This document shows positions 19,114 to 27,575 of a stretch of DNA of 48,841 nt, piece by piece; the stretch's first letter is position 1; the number at the start of each line of letters is the position of its first letter. Position numbers and translations under genes: made by a program. Below the pieces are notes generated by a model. That model saw only the letters and a list, made by a program, of their open reading frames with translations, ran no database searches and was not told where the DNA came from. This DNA comes from Chthonomonadaceae bacterium (GTDB lineage Bacteria > Armatimonadota > Chthonomonadetes > Chthonomonadales > Chthonomonadaceae): the NCBI GenBank assembly GCA_035650735.1, contig DASRGZ010000133.1, positions 1 through 48,841 on the forward strand, given 5' to 3'.

Positions 19114-20451
19114 CTATCCGAGCGCGCAGAGCTCCACCTGGACGCCCTGTTTGGGGCGCAGCGTCATCGCAGGCAGCGGCGTAACCGTCTGCCCAGGTTG
19201 TAGGCGCATCTGCCATCGCTGCGCGATGGCCGCCAGCAGCAGCACGGCTTCCGTCATCGCAAAGGTATTGCCGATACAGATGCGCGGCCCCCCGCCAAAA
19301 GGGAAGTAGGCAAAGCGCGGCAGCGTCCTGGCAAAGTTATCGGCCCAGCGCTCCGGGCGAAACGCCTCCGGCTCCGTGAAAAAGCGATGGTCGCGGTGCA
19401 TGACGTACTGGCTCAGGATGACGGTCGCGCCCGCAGGAAGGGTATGCGCGCCGAGCATATAATCCGCGAGCGCCGTGCGTCCAATGGCCCAGGCGGGCGG
19501 ATAGAGCCGCATAGCCTCCCGGATCACCTGTTCGGTATACTTGAGCGACGGCAGATCGGCAAAGGTCGGCATACGGCCGTTCAAGACCGTGCGCAACTCG
19601 GCCCGCAGCGTCGCCTCCGTTTCGGGATGCTGCCCCAGCAGGTACCAGGCCCAGGTCAGCGCCAGCGCCGTCGTCTCGTGGCCTGCCAGAAACAGCGTCA
19701 GCGCCTCATCCCGCAACTGCTTATCGCTCATCTGCCCTCCGTCGTCCTCATCCTGGGCCAGTATCAGCAGCGAAAGCAGGTCGCCCCTATCGTCTCCACT
19801 CGCCCGCCGGCTGCGGATCAACTGGTAGACGATGGCATCCAGTTGGCGCACCGCCTGCGTCAGTCCGGGCATCGTCGGGGTCGGGCACCAGGCAGGCAGC
19901 AAGGTAACGTAGTGAATCCAGCGCGCGAAGGCGTCCTGCGCCACTTCCAGCGCCTGCGCTACCTGCCAGCCCGCCTCCAATTCCGCCCCAAACAGCGTGC
20001 GGACGGCAATCTGCAAGGTAAGCTGCATCATCTCCGCGTGAATGTCGCAGGTTTGCCCCTCTTGCCAGGCCGTCATCCGCCGCTTCACGCAATCGCTCAT
20101 CACCTGGCTATAAGCCTGGATACGCTCGCGGTGGAAGGCGGGCTGGGCCAGCTCGCGCTGCCGCCGCCAGAAATCGCCTTCGCTGGTCAGCAGGCCGTTG
20201 CCGAACACGCAGCGGCTGCGGCGCAGGGCCGGCCCTTTGATGAAATTGCGGTGGTCCGTCACCAGGATCTTCTCTATGCTGGCCGGATCATTGACGAAGA
20301 AGGCGCGGCGCGTGGCAAAGCGCAGGGGAACGAAGTCGCCATAGCGGCGGGCGCATTGCAACAGGAAATCCAGGGGGTCGCGCTGGAACGCCGGAAGATG
20401 GCCCAGAAACCTGTGGCCTGGCGGCGAGGCGGGAAGAGCAGCAACAGCCAT
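19114..20451 (-). CDS. Cytochrome P450
   Basis: AGHETT, EAMRLYPP, FRPERW, FGGGPRICIG heme-Cys motif; AAGGAG RBS before ATG 20451. Confidence 0.95.
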   Translation of the reverse strand: MAVAALPASPPGHRFLGHLPAFQRDPLDFLLQCARRYGDFVPLRFATRRAFFVNDPASIEKILVTDHRNFIKGPALRRSRCVFGNGLLTSEGDFWRRQRELAQPAFHRERIQAYSQVMSDCVKRRMTAWQEGQTCDIHAEMMQLTLQIAVRTLFGAELEAGWQVAQALEVAQDAFARWIHYVTLLPAWCPTPTMPGLTQAVRQLDAIVYQLIRSRRASGDDRGDLLSLLILAQDEDDGGQMSDKQLRDEALTLFLAGHETTALALTWAWYLLGQHPETEATLRAELRTVLNGRMPTFADLPSLKYTEQVIREAMRLYPPAWAIGRTALADYMLGAHTLPAGATVILSQYVMHRDHRFFTEPEAFRPERWADNFARTLPRFAYFPFGGGPRICIGNTFAMTEAVLLLAAIAQRWQMRLQPGQTVTPLPAMTLRPKQGVQVELCALG

Positions 20452-20473
20452 GACGCGGCTCCTTTGGAATGGG

Positions 20474-20866
20474 CTAACTGGAAGGGGACGCGCTGGCGCG
20501 CAGGATCTCCCGGATGCGCTCGGCCAGCACGCGGTTCTGGTAAGGCTTCTGCACGATGCCGACGACGTTGGGCGGCAGGGAGGTTCCGGCACTCTCGGCG
20601 TCATGGCCGGTGGCGATCAGCACCGGCAGGTCCGGCTGGCGCTGCGCCAGGATCTGGGCGATCTCTATGCCATCCATGAGGGGCATCATCATGTCGGTGA
20701 TCACCAGCTTGACCGCCCCGGATTCCGCCGCAATGGTATCCAATCCAGCCTGGCCGCTGGTGGCCGTCAGGACGCGAAAACCCTGTCTGGTCATAAACTG
20801 GCGGAACAGCTCGGTCATGAGGGGATCATCGTCTATCATGAGAAGGGTGGGCGGCGTGGCTTCCAA
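20474..20866 (-). CDS. Stand-alone response regulator receiver domain
   Basis: LMIDDD, VITDMMMPLMDG, IATG, QKPY; GGAGG RBS before TTG 20866. Confidence 0.88.
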   Translation of the reverse strand: MEATPPTLLMIDDDPLMTELFRQFMTRQGFRVLTATSGQAGLDTIAAESGAVKLVITDMMMPLMDGIEIAQILAQRQPDLPVLIATGHDAESAGTSLPPNVVGIVQKPYQNRVLAERIREILRASASPSS

Positions 20867-21220
20867 GGTATCTCTCCTCCAGGGTCTGGGCTGCGTCGAA
20901 GGCAGCCGGTTATGCGCTTCCGAGCCAACCATCCGAGGCTTCGCTGCCTCAAGATCAATTCGGTTGCTTTTGGATCTTAATTCTACCTTGTTTTAGGGCT
21001 TTGTTGTCGGATGTGCCAAAACCGAGCGTTGGATCACACCGAGACCTGGTGACTTAGCACCCTGGCACCCTGATCCCTAAGTTTGCTTAGGCATCAAAAC
21101 CGAGTATCGAACCGCGCCGGAGGATCGCAGAACTTTGCGCCTGCGGCTGCGTATAAATTCTGGCGTATCAGCTTACTCTACCCTGCAATATAAGCGCAAC
21201 ATCACCGTAATATAGTAATA

Positions 21221-21323
21221 ACCCAAGTTGCTACCTAGGAACACGTTTGAGAGAGAATCGCTCTGGAAACCGGCTTTTGCATCACCGTTTGCCTTCTCGA
21301 AGAGGCAAGGTAGCAACTTGAGT
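21221..21323 (-). mobile_element. 103-bp MITE-like element, copy 2 (inverted relative to copy 1)
   Basis: Identical to reverse complement of 13202-13304; flanked by 8-bp direct repeat TAGTAATA (21213-21220, 21324-21331). Confidence 0.9.
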
Positions 21324-21468
21324 TAGTAATAATGCCGGGGCCTGTTCCGCCAGGGAAGGGCGCGGCGTACTCATCACGCCCTGCTTTTTCGCCACGCGGC
21401 CTGGAGCGGCGTCTGGCTTAAGCACCTGTCTGTTTAGATTTCCCGATAAACCGTTTTGAGGACCGATT

Positions 21469-24309
21469 ATGACCGTTGAGACTGCGACTGCGCCTTTCGC
21501 GGGAGACCGCTCCCAGCCTGCGCCTTTTACCGCCGCCGCCTATGGCACCCCCAGCTTTGGCCCGCGCTCCCATATCTCGCTGGATGGCGAATGGACGTTC
21601 CAGTTCGGCGATGAGACTCCGGGCACCATTCTCGTTCCCGCGCCCTGGGAAAGCCAGCGCCACGATCTGCACAATCGCGCCGGCACCGCCGTCTATGAGC
21701 GTCGGTTTACCGTCCCGGCGGAGTTTGAGGGGCGGCGCGTGCTGTTGCGCTTCGGCGCCGTGGACTACTTTGCCGAGGTCTGGGTCAACGGCATCCTCAT
21801 CGGCACGCACGAGGGCGGCTATACCCCCTTCGCCTTTCCCATCGAGCACGCCCTGCACGGCTACGGGCCGGATGTCGTGCATACGGTGCTGGTGCGCGTT
21901 ACCGACGCGACCGTAGACCAGGACGCAGTCCTGCCCAATGGGGAAGTGCTGCGTTTCGCCGAAATACCCCACGGCAAGCAGAGCTGGTACACCAGCGTCG
22001 GCGGCCTCTGGCAGAGCGTCACCGTGGAGGCCCGCGCCAGGACCAATATCGTGCGCGCCGCCTTCCATCCCGATATTGATGCCGGCATGGTGATCACCTA
22101 TATCACCCTGGAAGGGATGCCGGAGCGGCCGGATGCGAGCTGGCAGGTGCGCCTCAACGTCAATGGTCCTACCGGGGCGGTGGCCGTGGAGACCTTCTGC
22201 ATTCCGGTCTCCAGCGGCTCTCGCAACCCGGATGGACAGACCACGCTGATCTCCACCTTCCGCATTCCTGACGCCCTCCTCTGGAGTCCCGATCAGCCCA
22301 ATCTCTACACGGCGGTCGTCAGCCTGGAGGAGGACGGCGAGATCGTGGACGCGATCTCCCAGCGCTTCGGGATGCGCAAAATCGAGACGAAAGAGGGGCG
22401 CGTCTGGCTCAACAATCGCCCGATTTTCCTGATCGGGGCGCTGGATCAGGCGTTCTACCCAAAAACCATCTACACCCCGCCCTCGGAGGAGTTCCTGCGC
22501 GACCAGTTCCGCAAGGCTAAAGAGATGGGCTTGAATCTGATGCGCTGCCATATCAAGGTGCCCGACGAGATCTATCTGAATCTGTGCGATGAGATGGGCC
22601 TTTTGGTCTGGTATGAACTTCCCAACGGCGCCCGGCTCTCGCACGCTTTTCGGGAGCGCGCCCGCCAGACGCTGCGGGAGATGTGGTGGCGCGACGCCAA
22701 CCATCCGTGTATCGTCATCGTCTCTATCATGAACGAGTCGTGGGGCATTGACCTCAACGACGGCGAGCAGCGCCGCTGGCTGGCCGCTACTTACCGCTGG
22801 ATGAAGGAGATCGCGCCCACCTGGCTTGTCGTGGATAACTCAGCCTGTATTCCTAACTTCCATGTCATCAGCGACCTGGATGACTACCACGTCTATTTCA
22901 ACATCCCCGACCAGGCGGAGGACTTCGCTGAGTGGATGGACTCGTTTACCATCCGTGAGGCCGGAACCTACACGGGCTATGGCGACGCGGAGCATCAGGC
23001 CAGCGAGCCGCTGCTGATCTCAGAGTTCGGCAACTGGGGCCTGCCGCGCGTGGATAAGATTCTGGAAGCCGAAGGCGGGCAGCCTTACTGGTTCAAAACG
23101 GGGGACGGCCCGGCCCGCCCGAACAAGGTGCTGGAGCGTTTTGAGATGCAGGCGCTGGGGCGTGCCTTTCAGGACTACAATGCCCTGGCCGAGGCGTCCC
23201 AGGAACAGGAGTGGCTCTCGCTCAAGTGGGAGATCGAGGAGATGCGGTTGCACCCGCAGGTCGCCGGCTACGTCATCACCGAGTTCACCGATATTAACTG
23301 GGAGTGCAACGGCCTGCTGGACATGGGCCGCAACCCGAAGGTCTTCTATCACCGCCTGAAGGACATCCAGGCCCAGGATGTGCTCATCCCACGCCTCTCG
23401 CCGCGCACGGCGTTCTGGGAGGGGGAGACCGCCGCGCTCATGGTCGGCTTCTCCTGCTTTAGCGGCTGTCCCGTTGCCGGCGGCACGCTCGTTTGGGAGG
23501 TGGAGGGCTGCGCGGAGCTGGGCGGCCAGGAGCCGGTGCATCTCAGCCCCCAACTAGACACGGAGCCGCAGTACGGCTCCTACCAGATAGCCCAGATCTG
23601 GATTACCGCCCCGCCGGTCGCAGAGCCAAGCAAGCACGTTATCCATCTGACCCTGAAGGATGCCAACGGGAAGCCTATCGCCCACACCACCCAGAACATT
23701 GTGTTCGTTCCCACCCGCCTACGCGCCGCCGGACGCAGCCAGGCGGTCTGGCTCTACGACCCGCTAGGCACCGCCATCGGGCTCTCTTCGCTGCTGACGG
23801 GCATCGGCTACCGCGTGGTCTCGCAGCCGGAGCCGGGCACGCTGGGCCTGGTGACGCGCTGGGATCCGACCGTTTCGGCCTTCCTGCGCGGCGGCGGCAA
23901 GGCCGTGCTGGTGGCGACCCATCCCAAGAGCATCACCATCGCCAGCGGCCTGGGCGTGCGCCTGCTGGAGCGCAACACCAACGGCTGGTGGGGCGACTGG
24001 TGCACCTCTAAGATATGGTTCGTGCCGGAGTATTTCCCCTACCTGCCGGATACGCGGCGGTTCGATTTCGAGTATCAGCCCATCGTGCCGGCGCGGGTTC
24101 TCACCGGCCCGCTGACGGAAAACATCGTGGCGGGACTGTTCGTCGGCTGGCTGCACAATCCGGCGGCGCTGGTGGCGCGGCTGCCGATTGGCAAGGGCGA
24201 CCTGATCGTCACGACCTTCGACGTCCTGCCCAACATCGGCAACGACCCCATCGCGACCCTGATGCTGCATAACCTGTTCACGATGCCGCCTGCCGTCCGC
24301 ACGGAATAG
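21469..24309 (+). CDS. GH2 family glycoside hydrolase (beta-galactosidase/glucuronidase-like)
   Basis: LRFGAVDYFAEVWVNG, HEGGYTPF, GALDQAFYP, RCHIK, NHPCI..S.MNESWG, ISEFG. Confidence 0.88.
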   Translation: MTVETATAPFAGDRSQPAPFTAAAYGTPSFGPRSHISLDGEWTFQFGDETPGTILVPAPWESQRHDLHNRAGTAVYERRFTVPAEFEGRRVLLRFGAVDYFAEVWVNGILIGTHEGGYTPFAFPIEHALHGYGPDVVHTVLVRVTDATVDQDAVLPNGEVLRFAEIPHGKQSWYTSVGGLWQSVTVEARARTNIVRAAFHPDIDAGMVITYITLEGMPERPDASWQVRLNVNGPTGAVAVETFCIPVSSGSRNPDGQTTLISTFRIPDALLWSPDQPNLYTAVVSLEEDGEIVDAISQRFGMRKIETKEGRVWLNNRPIFLIGALDQAFYPKTIYTPPSEEFLRDQFRKAKEMGLNLMRCHIKVPDEIYLNLCDEMGLLVWYELPNGARLSHAFRERARQTLREMWWRDANHPCIVIVSIMNESWGIDLNDGEQRRWLAATYRWMKEIAPTWLVVDNSACIPNFHVISDLDDYHVYFNIPDQAEDFAEWMDSFTIREAGTYTGYGDAEHQASEPLLISEFGNWGLPRVDKILEAEGGQPYWFKTGDGPARPNKVLERFEMQALGRAFQDYNALAEASQEQEWLSLKWEIEEMRLHPQVAGYVITEFTDINWECNGLLDMGRNPKVFYHRLKDIQAQDVLIPRLSPRTAFWEGETAALMVGFSCFSGCPVAGGTLVWEVEGCAELGGQEPVHLSPQLDTEPQYGSYQIAQIWITAPPVAEPSKHVIHLTLKDANGKPIAHTTQNIVFVPTRLRAAGRSQAVWLYDPLGTAIGLSSLLTGIGYRVVSQPEPGTLGLVTRWDPTVSAFLRGGGKAVLVATHPKSITIASGLGVRLLERNTNGWWGDWCTSKIWFVPEYFPYLPDTRRFDFEYQPIVPARVLTGPLTENIVAGLFVGWLHNPAALVARLPIGKGDLIVTTFDVLPNIGNDPIATLMLHNLFTMPPAVRTE

Positions 24310-24329
24310 CGCCGGGAGCCTTCGCCCTC

Positions 24330-24708
24330 TCTCGGCAGGTTAAACCCTGCCGCTCGGGGGCGCAAAGCGCCCGCCGACTGCCAGGGTCGGCGCTGCAACG
24401 GTTCGCGCCACTGCGAGGGTCGCAACTGCGCTCGCTCGTTCCTCCGCCTAGCGACACCTGGCGACACCCTTGTGGGCGAAGCTTTCTGCCCGCGTAGGCA
24501 GTGCCCATAGAGAGTGATCGTGACTATTTGGTATCTCATTGGCTCTTCTGCCTGCGTAGGCAGGCAGCGAGCCGTAGGCCCCACAGCGGCAGGGTTCAGC
24601 CTGCCGCGAGAAGGGCCTTCTAGAGCGTAAAGTCCAGGCCGAAATCCAGGCCGATATGCACAAACGCAAGGGTTCAGCCTGCCGCGAGAAGGGCCTTCTA
24701 GAGCGTAA
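24330..24708. repeat. Cluster of REP-like palindromes with a 40-bp direct repeat
   Basis: CGGCAGGTTAAACCCTGCCG and CGGCAGGGTTCAGCCTGCCG hairpins, CTGCC(C/T)GCGTAGGCAG x2, exact 40-bp repeat at 24591-24630 and 24669-24708. Confidence 0.75.
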
Positions 24709-24712
24709 GCGA

Positions 24713-24741
24713 TTGACACTAATCGCGCAAAATGGTACAAT
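24713..24741 (+). promoter_or_regulatory. Sigma70 promoter upstream of dxs
   Basis: TTGACA-17-TACAAT with extended TG. Confidence 0.65.
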
Positions 24742-24988
24742 TGCCGCCGTATATCGCGCGGGTAAGCTGGGAGGCTATCGTGCCCGTCACGTCGGCGTCG
24801 GCGCGGCGTTGTGATAAGGAGGGGAAACCAGGAGGCCCTACTTTCACGCGCTGTCTCTCCGGTGCCGGCAGGTCTGGAGCGCTCGCCTCTGGCCGCCGCG
24901 CACTAGCTCGGATGCGCCAACAGCGTGCGCGGCGTCATCACTGACGCGGTGCCCTGCGCTTGCGCGTCCCTAAAGGGGCTACTATCGC

Positions 24989-26968
24989 ATGTATGAGTTG
25001 CTATCGCGTATTCACAGCCCCGCCGATCTGAAAAGTCTCACCCGAGACCAGCTTAAACAGGTTGCCCGAGAACTCCGTCAGGCCATCATCGACAACCTAT
25101 CCAAGACCGGCGGTCACTTCGCGTCCGACTTGGGCGCAGTAGATTTGATCCTCGCGCTGCATACCGTCTATTCCGTTCCGCAAGACAAGATCATCTGGGA
25201 TACCGGCCATCAGTGCTACGCGCATAAGATGCTGACCGGGCGACTGGATCGCTTCCACACGCTGCGCCAGTACGGCGGCCTGAGCGGTTTCCTGCGCCGT
25301 GAGGAGAGCGAGTACGACCTGTTTGGCGCAGGGCACGCCGGGACCAGCATCTCCGCCGCCTACGGCTTCGCGGTCGCCCGCGATATGGCCGGGCGCACCC
25401 ACGACGAAAGCGTGCTGGCCGTCATCGGAGACGCCTCCATGACCGCAGGGCTGGCGCTGGAGGGACTGCATAACGCCGGCCACAGCGGGCGCAACTTCAC
25501 CGTCGTCCTCAATGACAACGAGATGAGCATTGCCGAGAGCGTCGGCGCGCTGGCGACCTACCTGGCCAAGCTGCGTGTTTCGCGCCTGTATCAGAGCATG
25601 GAGGCGCAGACCCGCTCCGTCCTCAAGCGCGTTCCCGGCACGCCGGGCCGTGCGCTGACCAAAGCCGCCGGCTCGATGCTCAAGCACAACCTGACCCACC
25701 TCGTCTCCACGGATCAGTCCGGCGTGCTTTTTGAGGAGTTGGGCTATGAGTATATCGGCCCGGTGGACGGCCACGACCTCGACCTGCTGATAGACCTGTT
25801 TACGGCCATCAAGCAGATGAGCGGCCCCGTTTTTGTCCATCTGCTGACGGTCAAGGGCAAGGGCTACGACCCCGCCGAAGCCAACGCGCGCAAGTGGCAC
25901 GCCGTCACGCCGCCCATGTTCCAGGAGGCGGTCGTCGGCGCGGGCGGCCCCAGCAAGTCCAGCGGCACGACCTGGACCAACGTCTTTAGCAAGACCATTA
26001 TCGAGCTGGCCGACACAGACCCCAAGATCATCGGCATCACCGCCGCCATGCCCGACGGCACGGGCCTGAATAAGTTCAAGGACGCCCATCCCGACCGCTA
26101 TTTCGATACCGCCATCGCCGAGCAGCACGCGGTCTGCTTTGCAGCGGGGCTGGCGGCGGAGGGCATGAAACCCATCACCGCCATCTACAGCACGTTCTTG
26201 CAGCGCGCCTACGACATCATCCTCCACGACGTCGCCATTCAGAACCTGCCGGTGCTCTTCTGCCTGGATCGCGCCGGCCTCGTGGGCGACGACGGCCCGA
26301 CCCATCACGGCGTCTTCGACATCGCCTACATGCGCTCCATTCCGAACATGGCGCTGCTGGCTCCCAAAGACGGCGAAGAGCTGGCGGCCATGCTGCGCTA
26401 CATGGTGCAGGAGCATGTCGTCGGCCCGCACGCCGGACCCATCGCCATCCGCTACCCGCGCGGCAGTGCGCCCAATATAGATTGGGGACGGGAGAGCGAT
26501 CCCATCGAATACGGCAAGGTGGAAACGCTCTTTGCCGGCGACGATATTGGCCTGCTGGCCTATGGCAACATGGTCGCGCCCGCTTTCGAGGCGGCAAAGA
26601 TGCTGCGTCAGGAAGGCGTGAGCGTGGAGCTGATCAACCTGCGCTGGGCCAAGCCGCTGGATGAGGAGACGATCCTGGAGGTAGCGCGGCGCACGGGGAA
26701 GCTGGTGATCATGGAGGAGGGCGTGATCGCGGGCGGAGTCGGCTCGGCCATCCTGGAACTGCTCGCCGCGCACGGCTTGAGCGATGTCAAAGTCAGGCTC
26801 TTCGGTGTTCCCGATCAGTTCATCGAGCACGGGGCCATCCCGATCCTGCACCGCCTGTGCATGCTTACCGCAGCGGACTTCGCCTCGGCGGCGCGCGACC
26901 TGCTCGGACGCCCGCAGCCGGCACCGGAGCCTCTCGCGCCGGTCAACCGCGAATCGCTGACCGCATAA
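24989..26968 (+). CDS. dxs: 1-deoxy-D-xylulose-5-phosphate synthase
   Basis: GGHFASDLG, WDTGHQCYAHK, GHAGTSIS, NDNEMSI, GPVDGHD, IAEQHAV, YSTFLQRAYD, DGPTHHG. Confidence 0.97.
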   Translation: MYELLSRIHSPADLKSLTRDQLKQVARELRQAIIDNLSKTGGHFASDLGAVDLILALHTVYSVPQDKIIWDTGHQCYAHKMLTGRLDRFHTLRQYGGLSGFLRREESEYDLFGAGHAGTSISAAYGFAVARDMAGRTHDESVLAVIGDASMTAGLALEGLHNAGHSGRNFTVVLNDNEMSIAESVGALATYLAKLRVSRLYQSMEAQTRSVLKRVPGTPGRALTKAAGSMLKHNLTHLVSTDQSGVLFEELGYEYIGPVDGHDLDLLIDLFTAIKQMSGPVFVHLLTVKGKGYDPAEANARKWHAVTPPMFQEAVVGAGGPSKSSGTTWTNVFSKTIIELADTDPKIIGITAAMPDGTGLNKFKDAHPDRYFDTAIAEQHAVCFAAGLAAEGMKPITAIYSTFLQRAYDIILHDVAIQNLPVLFCLDRAGLVGDDGPTHHGVFDIAYMRSIPNMALLAPKDGEELAAMLRYMVQEHVVGPHAGPIAIRYPRGSAPNIDWGRESDPIEYGKVETLFAGDDIGLLAYGNMVAPAFEAAKMLRQEGVSVELINLRWAKPLDEETILEVARRTGKLVIMEEGVIAGGVGSAILELLAAHGLSDVKVRLFGVPDQFIEHGAIPILHRLCMLTAADFASAARDLLGRPQPAPEPLAPVNRESLTA

Positions 26969-27060
26969 CTTTTCGCAGAAAAGGACGGGCACGGGGGGCT
27001 GTCGGCTTCTCTTCGACTCGAAAGCCTCTATGTTATAATAGAGTCATGAGGGAACCGGAG

Positions 27061-27351
27061 GTGAAGGAGATGGTACAGCCCCAAGTGTTTGAAGGAACTG
27101 CGGACGAGATCGCGGAACAACTTCGCAGGAGCAAACTGGCCGGACGGCTGAGAGCCGTTGTGATGCCTGAAGAGATATAGGCGCCTCAGCAGAATGGAAT
27201 GGGGGAGACCCTCGATAAAGCACTTGCGGCCTTGATTGCCGAGGCCGATAGTGGGGAGCGCGAAGCCCCCGTTCCTCATGCCGATCCCCAGGAAGCTGCC
27301 TTCGGAGAGATGGTCACCGAGAAGTACCGGAAGATGGGATTCAAGCTGTGA
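27061..27351 (+). pseudogene. Antitoxin-like small gene with premature stop
   Basis: MKEMVQPQVFEGTADEIAEQL...PEEI*(TAG 27178-80)APQQNG...EKYRKMGFKL*; stop overlaps toxin GTG; paralogous to 35185-35466. Confidence 0.6.
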
Positions 27352-27575
27352 CCCTCACCGATGCCAGTCCTCTGTTTGCCCTCGTGGACAAAAATCAGGT
27401 TCAGGCCCGCGCCCGCTGTGAGGCCGTCCTACCCAAACTCTCGCGTCCATTGATAACGACCTAGCCGGCGTTTACCGAAGCCATGTACCTTGTTTACCGG
27501 GAAGGAGGATGGCCGTTGCAGCGGGTCTTATGGCGATACGTTCTGTACCCAGTCCACATTGATGGCCTGGCTTAG
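27348..27575 (+). pseudogene. PIN-domain (VapC-like) toxin pseudogene
   Basis: MTLTDASPLFALVDKNQ...RCEAVLPKLSRPLITT*(TAG 27462-64)PAFTEAMYLVYREGGWPLQRVLW; internal stop where W is usual; truncated at ~75 codons. Confidence 0.75.

Noticed and set aside
20933..21200. c-di-GMP or other riboswitch upstream of the response regulator
   Set aside because: Could not match the consensus motifs on either strand by eye
13202..21323. Composite transposon bounded by the inverted 103-bp elements
   Set aside because: Each copy has its own different target duplication, no transposase lies between them, and the cargo includes housekeeping pepP
24591..24708. 40-bp exact repeat x2 with a 38-bp spacer as a mini-CRISPR
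   Set aside because: Only two units, built from the local REP hairpin module; no cas genes or leader nearby
25097..26992. Long antisense ORFs (also 13782-15449, 19387-20679, 21418-22704, 2976-4028)
   Set aside because: Shadow ORFs opposite well-supported genes in high-GC DNA, with no recognisable motifs
27178..27464. Amber (TAG) recoding
   Set aside because: TAG terminates many intact genes in the window; the toxin is also truncated, consistent with decay
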